Assembly: GCF_963921235.1 (NCBI RefSeq)
Contig: NC_086108.1
Span: 48,858,001-48,922,000 of the forward strand
Direction of reading: 5' to 3'
From: Mobula hypostoma
Lineage: Eukaryota
DNA: 64,000 nucleotides
The notes under the pieces: generated by a model
What the model saw: only the letters and a program-made list of their open reading frames with translations
What the model was told of the DNA's origin: nothing
Database searches by the model: none
Shown here: positions 27,686 through 39,873 of the stretch, piece after piece
How the letters are laid out: each line of letters begins with the position of its first letter
Position numbering within the stretch: position 1 is the first letter of the stretch
Position numbers and translations under genes: made by a program

Positions 27686-27721
27686 AGTCCTGACGAAGGG
27701 TCTCGGCCTGAAACGTCGACT
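27686..27721 (+). ncRNA. Minimal hammerhead motif, intact core
   Basis: AGUC-CUGACGA-A-GGGUCUCGGCCU-GAAACGUC-GACU: stem I AGUC/GACU, stem II, palindromic ACGU in place of stem III, GUC triplet. Confidence 0.8.
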
Positions 27722-29084
27722 GCGCCTCTTCCTTTAGATGCTGCTTGGCCTGCTGCGTTCACCAGCAACTTTGATGTATGTTGCTTGAATTTCCAGCATC
27801 TGCAGAATTCCTGTTGTTTGGAGAAATCAAGAGCAGCTTCGGACCGGGTGGAGAAATCTGTGCCTGGAGCAAGTTGCTAGGCGGTGTGGTCTAGGCCCAG
27901 AGCCTTTTGCTGCAATAGTGCTCAGGTCGTAGTGCGAGGTACAATATGTTGTTTGGCCCATTTAAGCATTGGCCCAGATGGACTGGAAAGACAGGGTGTC
28001 AGGATCGGAAGTGAGGGCCAATCTTGCTCGCTCTCCCATGATGTTTACTCCTCACTCCATGGCACTGAGGCTATGAAGACTGCCCCGGCTGCTGTTAGCT
28101 GTACCTGCTAATATGATGAACTGATATCGAGGCTTTGGGCCTACTCTCGATTACTCCTGTGTTTGGATCTAAGGACTCATTTTGGTTCAGAATGTTGTTC
28201 CTCGCTTCTATTGTTTACATGATTTTTTTCCCCTTTTCTCTGCACATGGGATATTGTTTATTTTAAACTGGGTTATTACAGGTTTCAGGTTCCCTGCTTT
28301 GTGGCTGCTTGGAAGCAAACAAATCTCAAGAGAGTGTTACTTGTACATTTTTTGATAATAAAATGTACTTTGAAACTTTTAATAAAAATTCAGAGAAAAA
28401 AATAAATGCCAAATCAATGTTTCACAAAGAATACTTCAAGTCAACTTGTAATTTGAAGGATGCATTTTTTTTCTTGCAAAGAGTTTCTTTAAATGTTGAT
28501 AGTGTTGTTCCCTTCTGCACCTTGTGGCACTTCGGGTGGCAATCTTTCAGTTCCTTTAGTATTTTTGTCTGTTTATTTATTTATTTATTTGGCGGCACAG
28601 TTGCTAGCTTGATGCTCAACCCAGCACAGTAATATTACTTTATTTATTGAAAGTGCATTCAAGAGCTTTCCATCAGATTAGCATCGTTGGTTTAAAAGAC
28701 AATGGAAGGTGAACCCCAGCAGATAGGAAAAGGCATTCTCTTTGCCTGAGCAAATCCAAGTCGTAAGTACTCGACCATACCAGGAGGAAGAGGAGAACCA
28801 TTCCAGTTTGCTACAGCTCTCCTTGAGTTGTACACTTTAAGTAAATGTGTCTGTCCTTCATTTGTTAGCGGTTTTTTGAACATCTCATTCCTTGGGTATT
28901 TTTTTGATTTCTGCACAGTTTTAAAATTTAGTCACTCAAGGACTAGTGAAATAACAAATTAGTACAGGACATTAATTAAACCCTAGATTTAACAATAGTC
29001 TGTGTTTTAATGCTTTGGTAAAGGAAAACATAGCCAATTATGAGTAAATTTGTGTTTTCTAAATTTATTTACTTTTTTTATTTA

Positions 29085-29300
29085 TTGAGATACAATGTGG
29101 AAAAGGCCCAGCATCCCCTGATTTAACCCTAGCCAAATCATGGGACAACTTACAATGACAAATTAACCTACCAACCAGTGTGTCTTTGGATTGCAGGAGG
29201 AAACCGGAGGAGCCCTATGCAGTCCCAAGCTCCTTACTGGCAGCAGTGGGAATTGAACCTTCACTGTCAAGCGTTCCGTTAATCACTATGCTTCTGTGCT
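29085..29300 (-). mobile_element. Degenerate tRNA-derived SINE (V-SINE-like)
   Basis: The minus strand has a B-box-like GGTTCAATTCC and CTCCGGTTTCCTCC..ATCCAAAGAC, which I recall as the V-domain core. Confidence 0.6.
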
Positions 29301-29575
29301 TCCTTGCTTATTTCTTTCCTTAATGTTTTTATTTCTAAATGTATTTGCAAGATGAAATAACTTGCCTTGAGTCTTCATCAAATCTCTTTAATCATTGTGC
29401 AGAACGAGAGTGAGCAAGCTTTTTAGTGTTAACTTTTATATAGGACCTTTAGTCCTATAAATCAGGTCAGATATACAAGTGTAATAGGTTTGACGTTTCT
29501 CCATTCCCTTCTAGCAATTTGGAAACCTTTGATAGTTTAAAATTTTTTTATATAACCAGAAGTTTTGTTCTCCAG

Positions 29576-29622
29576 ATACTCTTGTCTGCAATAGTATTGG
29601 GAGCAACTGGCGCTGTTGGCAG
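29576..29622 (+). CDS. NPL: NPL exon (ILLSAIVLGATGAVGS)
   Basis: CTCCAG acceptor, GTAACC donor, 47 bp. Matches human QLLSALVMGATGAVGS. Confidence 0.95.
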
Positions 29623-31643
29623 GTAACCTTTGATTTTCATCAAATTTGTATGAATATTTTCAAAGTGATAATAATGAAGTTGCTTGATTACAATCATCAA
29701 TAGGGCATTAGTTTTTGGTGACTTGGTAAGTTCACTTTTTGTTGTGAGGTTCTGGGAATTGTGCCATTATTTTTAGCTATTGCATCCCACCTGCATCCAC
29801 AAGCCACAAGTCATTATGCATTTGGTGTGTTATGCCTTTAATATATTTTAGCATGTCCTCTTTCATCCCAATATCTGGATCTGTACACCTGTTTATGTGC
29901 CTCTTCTTGAAGGAAGGAATAAATGTTGTCTTTCATAAGATGAGTAATCCATTTTGAATCTTTAAGGTAATGTAGTGCTAGTGATGTTACACTGCGGTAA
30001 TTTGGTTGGTGAGGTAATGCGAGATTGTGTTCGAGGTAGGGAACATTGCTTCTAATATGTTGCAGAACAAGGAATTTATTGAGGTTGTTTAGCTGTTGGT
30101 ACTTTTAATCTCCACTTTTTGTCCTTTTATCACTAATTGCCCTTTTTACATTTTTATAGCCTTGGGGTTCCTTTTATTTGCCCTTTTGGGGGCAGGACTT
30201 GCGACCGGCAAATCCTGCTTGCATTGACTACATCTTGAACTACCGGGGAAGACTGTCATGTTTTTAGCTTGTGCTACTCATTTGTTTGTTGGGAGCTCAC
30301 TTTAATTATGTTGATTTAACTACACTCCCTCTCTACAGTAGCTTCCCTGTAAACATGAATGCTCTTTACAAACAAAATCAAAACATTGTAAAGATTAACA
30401 TAACTAGATTTGTTAGTTTAGTACTGAGGCTGTGATTACTGTTCATTGGTAAAAGCACATTTTTTAAACAACGTATAGAACATGATCCTTTTCTATGGCA
30501 GTTTTAAAATTGGTTATTGTCATAAGTAATGGTTACTTTTTTTTTGTTTATGTTTCTGTGGTTGGGTCTCTTACTGCCCACTGACAATCAAGTATCAACT
30601 TAGTTTGGGTAATTCTCCCAGTGGCAGTTTGCAAAAACAAGCAAGAGTTTCTTAGTGTTAAGTTCCTAAATGTTCTGATGGCTCTTTGGGTTGAAGGAGA
30701 GTGTCCTGAGATGGTTAGGATGTTCACAATCCATTAAATGAAATTTTGAAAGGAAAATTACTGACTACAACTTGATTGTCACACCCTTAAAGTTGAGCAG
30801 AACTAAATAAAACCTCCAAAGCAATACTTTGGAGACATTAAAAATCATTTCTAAAATTGCTGTTTAAAATGAAACATTTTGTAAACATTTTTGCTTTTAA
30901 ATGTGAATAAAATATTTCATTTTATAGGCTAATTGTTTAAAATGAAAAGATAGGAATATTTTAAAATGGCTTTCCTCAACTGGCAGATCTACTTCATTTA
31001 GTTCAAGTTGCAGAAGAGTACAAAACAGCTTTTTCTCCCCCATTTACTCTCGCACAGTCTCCTCCCTCACCTCTCTCAAATACATGCAAACCAACAATAA
31101 CTGAGGAAGTGTATGTATGTTTTTGTGTTATGTTACCAATATTTCCTGATGACCACAGGTTATGTCACTGTGTCACATTGTACCCTTAAATGTATCACAG
31201 CATTATTCATAAACCAGTAAATTTCAAAAGGTTTCAAAGGCACATTTAATGTCAGAAATGTATACAATATGTATCCTGAAATGCTTTTTCTTCTCATAAA
31301 AATATTGCCAATTTCCATTTGAAGTACTTGCTGAAGTAAAACCTGCAATTGTTGCCTGTGTATCCGGCTTTCACTTGGTTATTTTTTTGAGGAGGAAATA
31401 AAATTTCATTTATTTAGTCCCTCGAAGGTGGTGCCTTTGGTTATGAGCTATTACTTTTTGTTGTTTTTCATTATTAGCATTTGGGTTTAAGATTTCGGGA
31501 AACTTAATAAATTCTTTAGTAGAAAACCACTAAGGAAACAAAGCCTACACAGGTTTTTAAAATGTTGTTTATTGAATAATTAACAAAATTTAAAACCTTA
31601 AACTTTTCAGTGTTTCTAATTCTAATGTGACATTTTCCTTTAG

Positions 31644-31728
31644 CACATACAATTACATTGGGAAGTTGTATAACCAAATGCTGATGGATATTGAGAGAGG
31701 AGACTACAAATTAGCTGGAGAGCGGCAG
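31644..31728 (+). CDS. NPL: NPL exon (TYNYIGKLYNQMLMDIERGDYKLAGERQ)
   Basis: CTTTAG acceptor, GTAAAT donor, 85 bp. TYNY motif; phase consistent. Confidence 0.94.
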
Positions 31729-32461
31729 GTAAATTAAATCTCATTAACATTTTACTTTTACTAGCACAAAAAGCGTACCCTTTTATATTCTTTCCATTAG
31801 TATTCCATTTTCTAGCATTCATGAAAAAGCAGAAAACTCGCACTGGGAAGATAAAGATGCTTTGCATCAGTTTCAAATGTGAGATGTATACAAATGACTT
31901 GAATCCCTGCTTGGATGTTATTTAGGTTATTGCTGCTGACAGGTCAATACACAATAGCAATTGATCTGGATTATGTTTTGTAGTTGCATCTCAAGTATTC
32001 TAGTCTAAAAGCCTTGTATTTAATAACCCTTTAATTTTCTAATAATTGGTATATCCTTTTGAGTTGCTTCTTTGTAATTTCCACCTTTAAAATAAATGTC
32101 TTCAAATTCCCATTCTTCAACCTTTCAATCTCCATTTTTCTGCACTTGTTTGTTTTTCCTGTGGTATTTTCATATTCTATGGGATCAATACTACAGAAAA
32201 GCAAGCTGCAAAGGAACTGTAGAAGAGTGATAGTGGCCATTGTTCTCACTTGTGATTGTTATCTAAGATTTTTGCAGAATTTTGGTTTGCAAATTGCTGA
32301 TTAGCATTATTTCTAACTGTAATCAAATATTCTGCCAAAATTGGGATCATGCACAAGGTACAATCATTTATTGCATTTTGTACTCTTTGGAAAATGCTTT
32401 ATAAGACACTTAGACTGATGCTGTAACTCCAAGAATGAAATTAGAATGAGATTACACTTAA

Positions 32462-34125
32462 ATAAGTCCGTAAGATATAGGAACAGAATAGGCAATTTGG
32501 CCCATCGAGTCTACTCCACCATTTCATCACATCTGATCCATCTTCCCTCTCAGTCCCAATTTCCTTTTTTCTCCCCGTATCCCTTCATGCCCTGACTAAA
32601 CAAGAATCTATCAGCATCTGCCTAAAATGTACCCAAAGACTTGACCACCACAGCCACCTGTGGCAACAAATTCCTCAGGTTCATCATTCTGGCTAAAGAA
32701 ATTCCTCATCTCTGTTCTAAAAGGACACCCCTCTGCCATCATAGGAAACATCCTCTCATATCCAGTCTGTTGAGGCCTTTCAATACTCGGTAGATTTCAG
32801 TGAGGTCACGCTCATTCTTCTGAACACCAGTGAGGAGAGGTCATCTGAGGAGTGTTTGTTTGCTCTAGGTGAGATTTTCAATCCAGGAATCATTTTTATG
32901 AATGAATAGTCTCCAATGTCAACACATCCTTCTTTGGATAAGGAGCCCAAAACTGCTCACAACACTCTATGTAAGTCCTCAGTGCTTTATAAAGTGTCAA
33001 CATTACATCTTGCTTTTGTATTCTAGTCCTCTGAAATGAATGCTAATGTTGCATTTGCCTTTCTCACCACAGCCTCAAACTGCAAATTAACCTTTAGGGA
33101 ATCGTGTACAAGGATTCTCAAGTCCTTTTTGCACCTCAGTTTTTGTATTTTCTCTCCGTTTAGAAAATAGTCTACACTTTCACTTTCTATCACCAACATG
33201 CATGACCATACACTTCCCAACACTGTAATCCATCTGCCACTTCTTTGCCCATTCTCCTCATCCAAGTCTCTCTACTTCCTCAAAACTACTTGTCCCCCTA
33301 CCTATCTTTGTATCATCCACAAACTTGACCACAAAGCCATCAATTCTGTCATCAAATCATTGACAAATAAAGTAAAAAGAAGTGGTCCCAACACGGACTT
33401 CTGCCAATCAGCCAATGTTCTATCCAAGCTGGTATCTTTCCCGTAATGCCATGGTCTCAACTTGTTAAGTAGCCTCATGTGTGGCCCCTTGTCAAAGGCT
33501 TTCTGAAAACCTAAGTACACAAGACCTACTGATTCTCCTTTGTCTATCCTACTTGTTATTTCTTCAAAGAATTCCAACGGATTTGTCAGGCAAGATTTTG
33601 CCATTAGGGAAACCATGCTGACTCTGGTTTATTTTATCATATGGCTCAAAGTACCTTGACAACTTATCCTTGATAATCGACTCCAACATCTTTCCAACAA
33701 CTGAGGTTAGACTAACCTGCCTATAATGTCCTTTCTTCTCCCTCTTCCCTTCTTAAAAAGTGAAGTGACATTTGCAATTTTCCACTCCTCCAGAACCATG
33801 CCTGGATTAATTGATTCTTGAAAGGTCACTACTGATGCCTTCTATCTCTTCAGCCACCTCTTTCAGAATCCTGGGGTGTATACCATTTGGTCCAGGTGAT
33901 TTATCCACCTTCAGATCTTTGTTTCCCAAGAATCTTCTCTCGAGTAATGGGAATTTCACACACTTCTTCCCCCAGCACACTCTAACTTCCGGCATACTGC
34001 TAGTGTCTTCCACAGTGAAGACCGATGCAAAATAATTATTCAGTTAGTCCACCATTTCCTTGCCCCCCCCCCCATTACTACCTCTCCAGTATCATTTTTG
34101 AGCTGTCCAATACTTACTCTCGCCT
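32462..34125 (-). mobile_element. Old CR1-like LINE remnant
   Basis: KSPGPNGIHPRILKE, KSCLTN, YLGFQKAFDK fragments; many deletions. Confidence 0.85.
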
Positions 34126-35073
34126 CTTTCTTGCTGTGAAATTTGAAAGCTTCAGGCTTTTTTTCTATTGAAGGTTTCATGATATTAAAGGAACTCTTTT
34201 AGTAGGAGGGAAAATCTATTTCCATCAAGAGTCCAGGACAAGGAGGACTAGTTTAAAAATAATAAATAATGAAATCCAGACCTTCTGTGTGATGTAAAAG
34301 CAGAAAATTCTGGAAATGGGGCAAGCAGTGTCTGTGGAGACTAAAACAGAATTAATATATATTCAGCAGATGCTGCCTGATTTCCATAAATTTTTATTTT
34401 TCTTTCATATTCTAGCATAATCATAGCTTTGTTTCTGGTCAACTTCCATACAACAGTTTAGTCTGCCAGTCTAGTCAATAGGCATGTCACTTTAATGGGA
34501 ATCTTTATGGCAGATGATAACAGTTGGCTTTGACTTGGCTAGAAATTTCATTTGTCCAAAAAATGGCCACATCATCCATGGCTTTTGTGTGTTGGTGAAA
34601 GTTGTCTGCCGGAGGTAGAAATTAAGGTTCTCTTTTGAATATTGAGATGGTATCTCTGGGTTTGACAATAGCTGCCATGCAATAGCAGGTGGGAGCTTTG
34701 GAGCTGTTTCCTCTGATGGTAATTTATGATAAAGCAATTATGAATCTTAAATCTGTAACTGATTTTTGCTCTTTTAGTATATATAAAACTAGAGTAGTTA
34801 AGGGATGTAAGTAAAAGAATGATTTAACTGAAATCAGAATGGGATTCTTTGACAAAGTGGCAGCAGCTCTGAATTTATTGTCAAACAAGCAAGGATGTTT
34901 AAATCTGAAGAGAAACTAATGATTTAATTTTTATTAAATAGAATATTTGTGTGTCTTTTAAAAATGTTGCTGGGAATGGGATACCTGCATATTTTCAGCT
35001 TCCTTTCCTGTCACATATATGCATTTAGGACTGCATAATTGGGCACTTTTCTTTGAACTGTTTTCTTTTGCAG

Positions 35074-35113
35074 GCTGTAGTTCAGGAATTCATTGGTTAT
35101 GTGAGCAAACTTG
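35074..35113 (+). CDS. NPL: NPL exon (AVVQEFIGYVSKLG)
   Basis: TTTTGCAG acceptor, GTGAGT donor, 40 bp. Corresponds to human FCIQRFINFVVKLG; phase consistent on both sides. Confidence 0.9.
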
Positions 35114-38100
35114 GTGAGTGGATTGACACATTCAAGATTCTCTCTGGTATAAATGTACTGTTTGAAGTCAGTATTTAATGACACGTGAGTTCTCGTGCTT
35201 AACTGTTCCAAGATGTACTCCTGGTTTGCATTTTGATTGTCTGCACTACAGTGCTGGAGACTCTTTCCCTGTTACAAAACTAAGGTTTGATCCATGACTG
35301 ATCTGCTCACTGCTGTGATGAATATTTTAGAAAAGCAAAATTGTCTTTGAATACTCTCTCTTGATCACTACGCTATAATTCTTTTTGTTAATGTGTGAGT
35401 GCAATATTGATAATAGAAAATTGCCAATCAAATTTGTTTCAGGATATGCCTGAATGTTTTATGGCTGTGGCAGTACTTTATGAAAACGGTCAGTTTTGAA
35501 ATATCAGATTTTCCATGACTTATATCAGTGTTCTGAATTCAATCCATAGTGTATGTTTTTTATAAAAATTAATTTTTAACAATTCCTCAAACATTTTTTG
35601 AAAGATTCTTTAATCTCATCAAAAGGATTCATAAACTTTGGCATTTGTAACAGTGTGCTCCTTTCATGATGTCCCTTCTGTATTGCAGTGAAGAAAATTA
35701 ATTACCTGTGGTTCTTGGTTTCTATTGATGTCAGAAGCTATTAATCTTCTAGGCAAGCAGAAAATTAAGCATTATTTTGTAGTGACAATTTACATAATTG
35801 TTTAATTACTGCCCATTACGCCGCTGGTGTTTAGGGCTGCAATGAAGGTCCTCCATCTCTGTTGTGCCACGGGTGTCGCTCAGGGTCCTCATTTCTGCCT
35901 CTGCAGTACAATGCCAAGTTGTCTTTGGTCTCCCAGGTTTCTTCTACCCTTCAGGGTTCCAGTTGAGTGCTGTCTTGATGAAGTTGGCCTGTCTTCTCAT
36001 CACATGCCCAATCAATCTGCTGCATTTCCTCATAGTTGTGGCCATGTCCCCTTGATGACACTGAAGGTGTAGGGCATGGTTGGAGACCTTGGCCAGAATT
36101 TAGAGGATCTTCTGGAGGTTTTTGGTATGGAATAGCAACAGCTTGGCAAAGTCGTTCTGTCATATGCCAGCATTCTGACCTGTACAAGTGTTGACAGAAC
36201 ACCTCTCTAGTACAGCTTCACCTTGGTGTGGACGCTGTACTCGGTTGATCCCCATATGTTGCTCATTGATCTGAAGATGTTTCCAGCTTTCAGTCTGCAC
36301 TGGATGTCATCCTTGGCCCCACCATCTGCTGAAGGATGCTGCTCAGCTAGGTGAATCTGCATCAGCAGAGTAAGTCGACACCATATGACAGGAGGAGGAT
36401 GACTTGGAGACTTGCATTGAGGTCACGCTCTCGGTCTTTCTCTGGCTGACTCCAAGTCTAACCTATCCACCAAAGTTGCAGGAGCTGAGCTTTCTCTTGC
36501 TTGTGCTGGTAAGTATGTGATAGTAATACAAGGTCATCCGCACAACCGAGCTCTTCTAAAGTAGAGAACAGAGTCCAGCTAATGTCTCCCTGCTTGTTGT
36601 TCATTGAGTGGGTTATGAAACATCACCAACATCCCAGATCCTTGCCTGACTCCTGTCTTGACTTCAAAGCTCAAATTGCGGTCCCCAACTGCAGGTAAAA
36701 TTAGCATAGAAAATGTGGACAAAAGATGGACAATTTTGGAAAGGATCCTATGTGACCTGGGAATTCACAAGCAGCACTCCCTGTGGATGCTATCGAAAGC
36801 CTTTTCAACATCCATGAAATTCACATACAGTTGTCTCTGCCACCCTATACTGTTCTATGATGTTACAGGGTGAAGCTCTGGTCAGTTCAGCCTTCATTCT
36901 TCCTGAACCCAGCTTGCTCTTTCCTCAATCACATATCACAGCATCTAATCCATTGGGCAATGACCTTGGCGAGAATAATGCTGGGCACTGACAAAAGTGT
37001 GATGCCTCACCAGTTGTTGCGATCACTTAGCGCTCCTTTCTTTGGGATCCTAACAATAACTCCCTTTGTCCGGTTCCTGGGTGCTGGTCTCCGTTCCCAG
37101 ATTAGAGTAAACAGTGGTTGTAGGATGAATACTGCAACTTCTGGTTCAGCTTTGAACGTTTGGTGTTCAAATTATATACGGGAGCTTTAATGATTGAATT
37201 GCAGCAACAACCTGTTGGGTGCTTCTGTGATGTTGAGGTCCTCTGCAGCCTCGTGTATATCCAGTTCTTCATCTGCTGTGCTCCATTTGGTAATTCTTTG
37301 AAATACTGTATCGTGCTTCTTGCTGTTTTTTTTCAATGATTGAAACAGACTGTTCCCATCTTTCACGGGACCACTGGATGTGGCCTGGAACTTTCCGCAT
37401 ACCAGTTTTAAAATCTTGTATGTATTTCCCTGCTGCTTTGGCCTCTGCAAGGTCTTCCACGTAGACTCTTTTCCTTTGTTACAAATCCCTTCACTTTCAT
37501 GTTAGCTTCAGTGTATGCTAGTTCAAGTTTCACTTTAATTCCAGTTGGTTTTCCATCTAGCACTTCCTTGATAATTTTCCATCTTTCTTGTATTGCTGTC
37601 CATGTTTCCATTTTTTTCCTTCTTTCCAGCTCTGTATCCTAGACAAGCCTCACTGCTCTTCTTGAAGACTGAGGCAATCGGTTTCCACACTGGCAATCTT
37701 GTCTACTGACACATCCACATCAAGGTATTGCAAGGCCTGGACTCTGTTCTTAAGCTGAACGGTGAATGCAGGTCTCACACAGGTGTCCTTGAGCTTCTCA
37801 ACATTAAATTGTCTCCGTACATGTGCTGTGGTTCCAGTGCCTCTCGGCTTGAGTTTCATCCCAGCTACAACAGGTGGATACTTCCTGTATCTGCTCCTTT
37901 CTTCACCTTTACATCCTGCAAGGATCATCTCCACGTATCATTGATCATCAAATAGTCAATCTGGTTCTTGTCGCATCCATTGGATGAGCACCATGTCAAT
38001 TTGTAGATTTCAGTGTGGAAAGATGGTCCCTTCTTGGATCAGATTGTTCATGGCACAGAATTCCACCATTGTTCATCGTTCCACGTTCATGTATGCCTAT

Positions 38101-38506
38101 GGCCCCAATGAACTGAGTTACTTCCCACTTTCGCATTTTGATCTCCCAGGATTATTATGTCAAGGTCTGGTGTTAATTCTACCTCTGATTGCAGCTCTTC
38201 ATTGAAGGCGCCCTTTTCTTCAATGTTGCTGTGGTTAGTTGGAGCATAGCACTGGATTAGCCATGTTCACTTGCTTCCCTTTCAGCCTGACTCTCACCAG
38301 CCTACTGATTGGTTTCTGCTTGAGGCCTTTTTTCAAAATGACAGCCACACCATCATGATGCTGACATCTTTCCCTTCCAAGTGTAAAACTGTTTCACCAG
38401 TTGCTGCCTTTAGTCTGCCAGACCCAGTCCATCTGTTTTCACTGATGCCCAGACTATGTAGGCTGTAATGATGGATTTCTGCAGTTATTTATGCTGGCAT
38501 GCCAGT

Positions 38507-39075
38507 GTTATATATGGTTGTATGGGGTGTCAGGGAGGGGTAGCACCTCTGGTGGGGGAACATGTCACGTCCTTTTCAGGGCGGTTAGTCCACCTTTGGT
38601 CCCCACCTGGCACTCAGCTGTCACCTGTGGCTCCCCGTAGCTGTTTGCATGCGACAGCGGCCACAACCCGCGGAACGGTTTCGACAAGCCGGCTAAACCA
38701 GATGAGGGCAGCCGACGGGTCTCAAACCCTTGGTGTGATAGAGAGTTGTCTATCCCAGCATGTGAAGACAGACTCCGGCGGATTGAGCGGATGAGACCAA
38801 TGGAAGGTCCAACGGTCAAGAAGGCAGTCTCTGCAAGCGTCGTGGAACGTGTAGAGCAGGACAAGACACAGAAGACGTCCTGGTCATCCACTGCGCCCAG
38901 TCCCATCTCCAGCCATCTAGACTCTGTCTTGCCACTGGATCCAGATGGGAATTGGGAAGAGAGAGTGAGGCTGACGCTGCGCAACTCTCCCTCACTTAAA
39001 TCCAAATCACGCGCTAGTCTCGACACCATCATAATGGTGTCGAGGTCCTCATCGACGTCAACGATGGACGAACAA
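38507..39075 (+). mobile_element. 569-bp non-coding retroposon inserted in the RTE
   Basis: CCAGT duplicated at 38502-38506 and 39076-39080; the host APE-region sequence resumes across it. Structured 5' part and 3' hairpins. Confidence 0.8.
38524..38705 (+). ncRNA. Candidate HDV-like self-cleaving ribozyme
   Basis: Order of elements: P1 GGGGUGU, P2 UCACCUGU, P3 GGC, L3 UCC.., P3' GCC, P1' ACAACCC, P4 CGGUUU/AAGCCG, GCUAA, P2' ACCAGAUGA. P1.1 is imperfect. Confidence 0.5.
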
Positions 39076-39727
39076 CCAGTCATACATTCCAGAAACCAGT
39101 TTTAGTTTGGTCTTGGTGGTGTTCAGGGCTTCCTTCATTGTGCTAGCAGCTTCCACTCTGTGTTCACTACCGTTTGTCATGCAAACTCGGGAATGCCGTC
39201 ACACACAGATATCGAATGAACCTTCATAGCTGTTTTTATAACAATTGTTTTTTGAGTAGCTTATCCCTGAGCTGGACTCCTGAACCTGGAGGACCGGTGG
39301 ACCACTCTTAGTCTGGCCTCTACCCTTTGACCTGTTTGGCACGGGTGACCCTACCAGGAGTCAAAGCACAAGGCCCTGCTGCCAGCTAGCATAACTTACC
39401 AGGTCACTGAGGCACACAAGCCTCCAAACCCAATGACAAGGTTATGGTCCTCTTGCTCCTCATTTGTAATAGTGTGCGGCTTTCTTTTGACATGCCTCCT
39501 GTATTGCTGTAAAGAGAATTTATTACCTGTGATAGTTCCTAGTTTCTATTGATGTGAGAAGTTGTTAATCTTCCGGGCAAGCGGTGAATTGAGCAATTAT
39601 TTTGTAGTGTGACAATTGATCTAGATTTTTAAAAACTATGGATTTGTTTCAAGCAATCTTGAATGAAGGCAGCTGTAAATTTGTATTCAGTACATTATCG
39701 ATTTTATTCCCCCCCCCCCACCCCCAG

Positions 39728-39873
39728 GTTTTGGTGTGGCTGAAAACAAGACGACAATGATACTCATCTCTGACATTCCTTTGGGTCCACCTAGGCTACC
39801 GTTGTTGAAATGCAGTGAGAAGAAGGAGGCAGAAATATTGGCCAAACTGAAGACCCTGGGATGGTTGAGCTAA
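39728..39873 (+). CDS. NPL: NPL last coding exon (GFGVAENKTTMILISDIPLGPPRLPLL...TLGWLS*)
   Basis: C-rich tract + CAG acceptor. GPPRLPL motif; TAA at 39871-39873. Confidence 0.95.

Larger units (their letters stand above)
25482..27817 (-). mobile_element. Young Penelope-like element (RT + GIY-YIG), 5'-truncated, with inverted pseudo-LTR at 27551-27817
   Basis: Open frame 27555-25873 with LPKIHK, MDVQSLYTSIP, GVAMGT, YIDD and VIYCVRCSRCGLLYIGET. TSD TTGGAGAAATCAAG at 25468-25481 and 27818-27831 (TCAAG overlaps the element end). Confidence 0.95.
35800..39460 (-). mobile_element. Old, apparently full-length RTE-clade LINE
   Basis: APE remnant (LGISENRWTGSG), FNVEKLK and YRSECW fragments; RTE-type 5' UTR near 39250-39455; flanked by a ~150-bp direct repeat. 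Confidence 0.8.

Noticed and set aside
27556..27768. N-terminal ~70 aa of the 631-aa ORF
   Set aside because: Antisense read-through of the inverted pseudo-LTR from a TTG; not part of the real PLE protein.
38610..38720. Twister ribozyme reading (AAGCCGGCUAAA..GAGGG)
   Set aside because: It lacks the UAA cleavage-site segment after P1 and the UCCC loop needed for pseudoknot T1; the HDV-like order fits better.
38468..39105. ORFs of 108-172 aa over the 569-bp insert
   Set aside because: No recognisable motifs; they overlap on both strands and cross the insertion boundaries.
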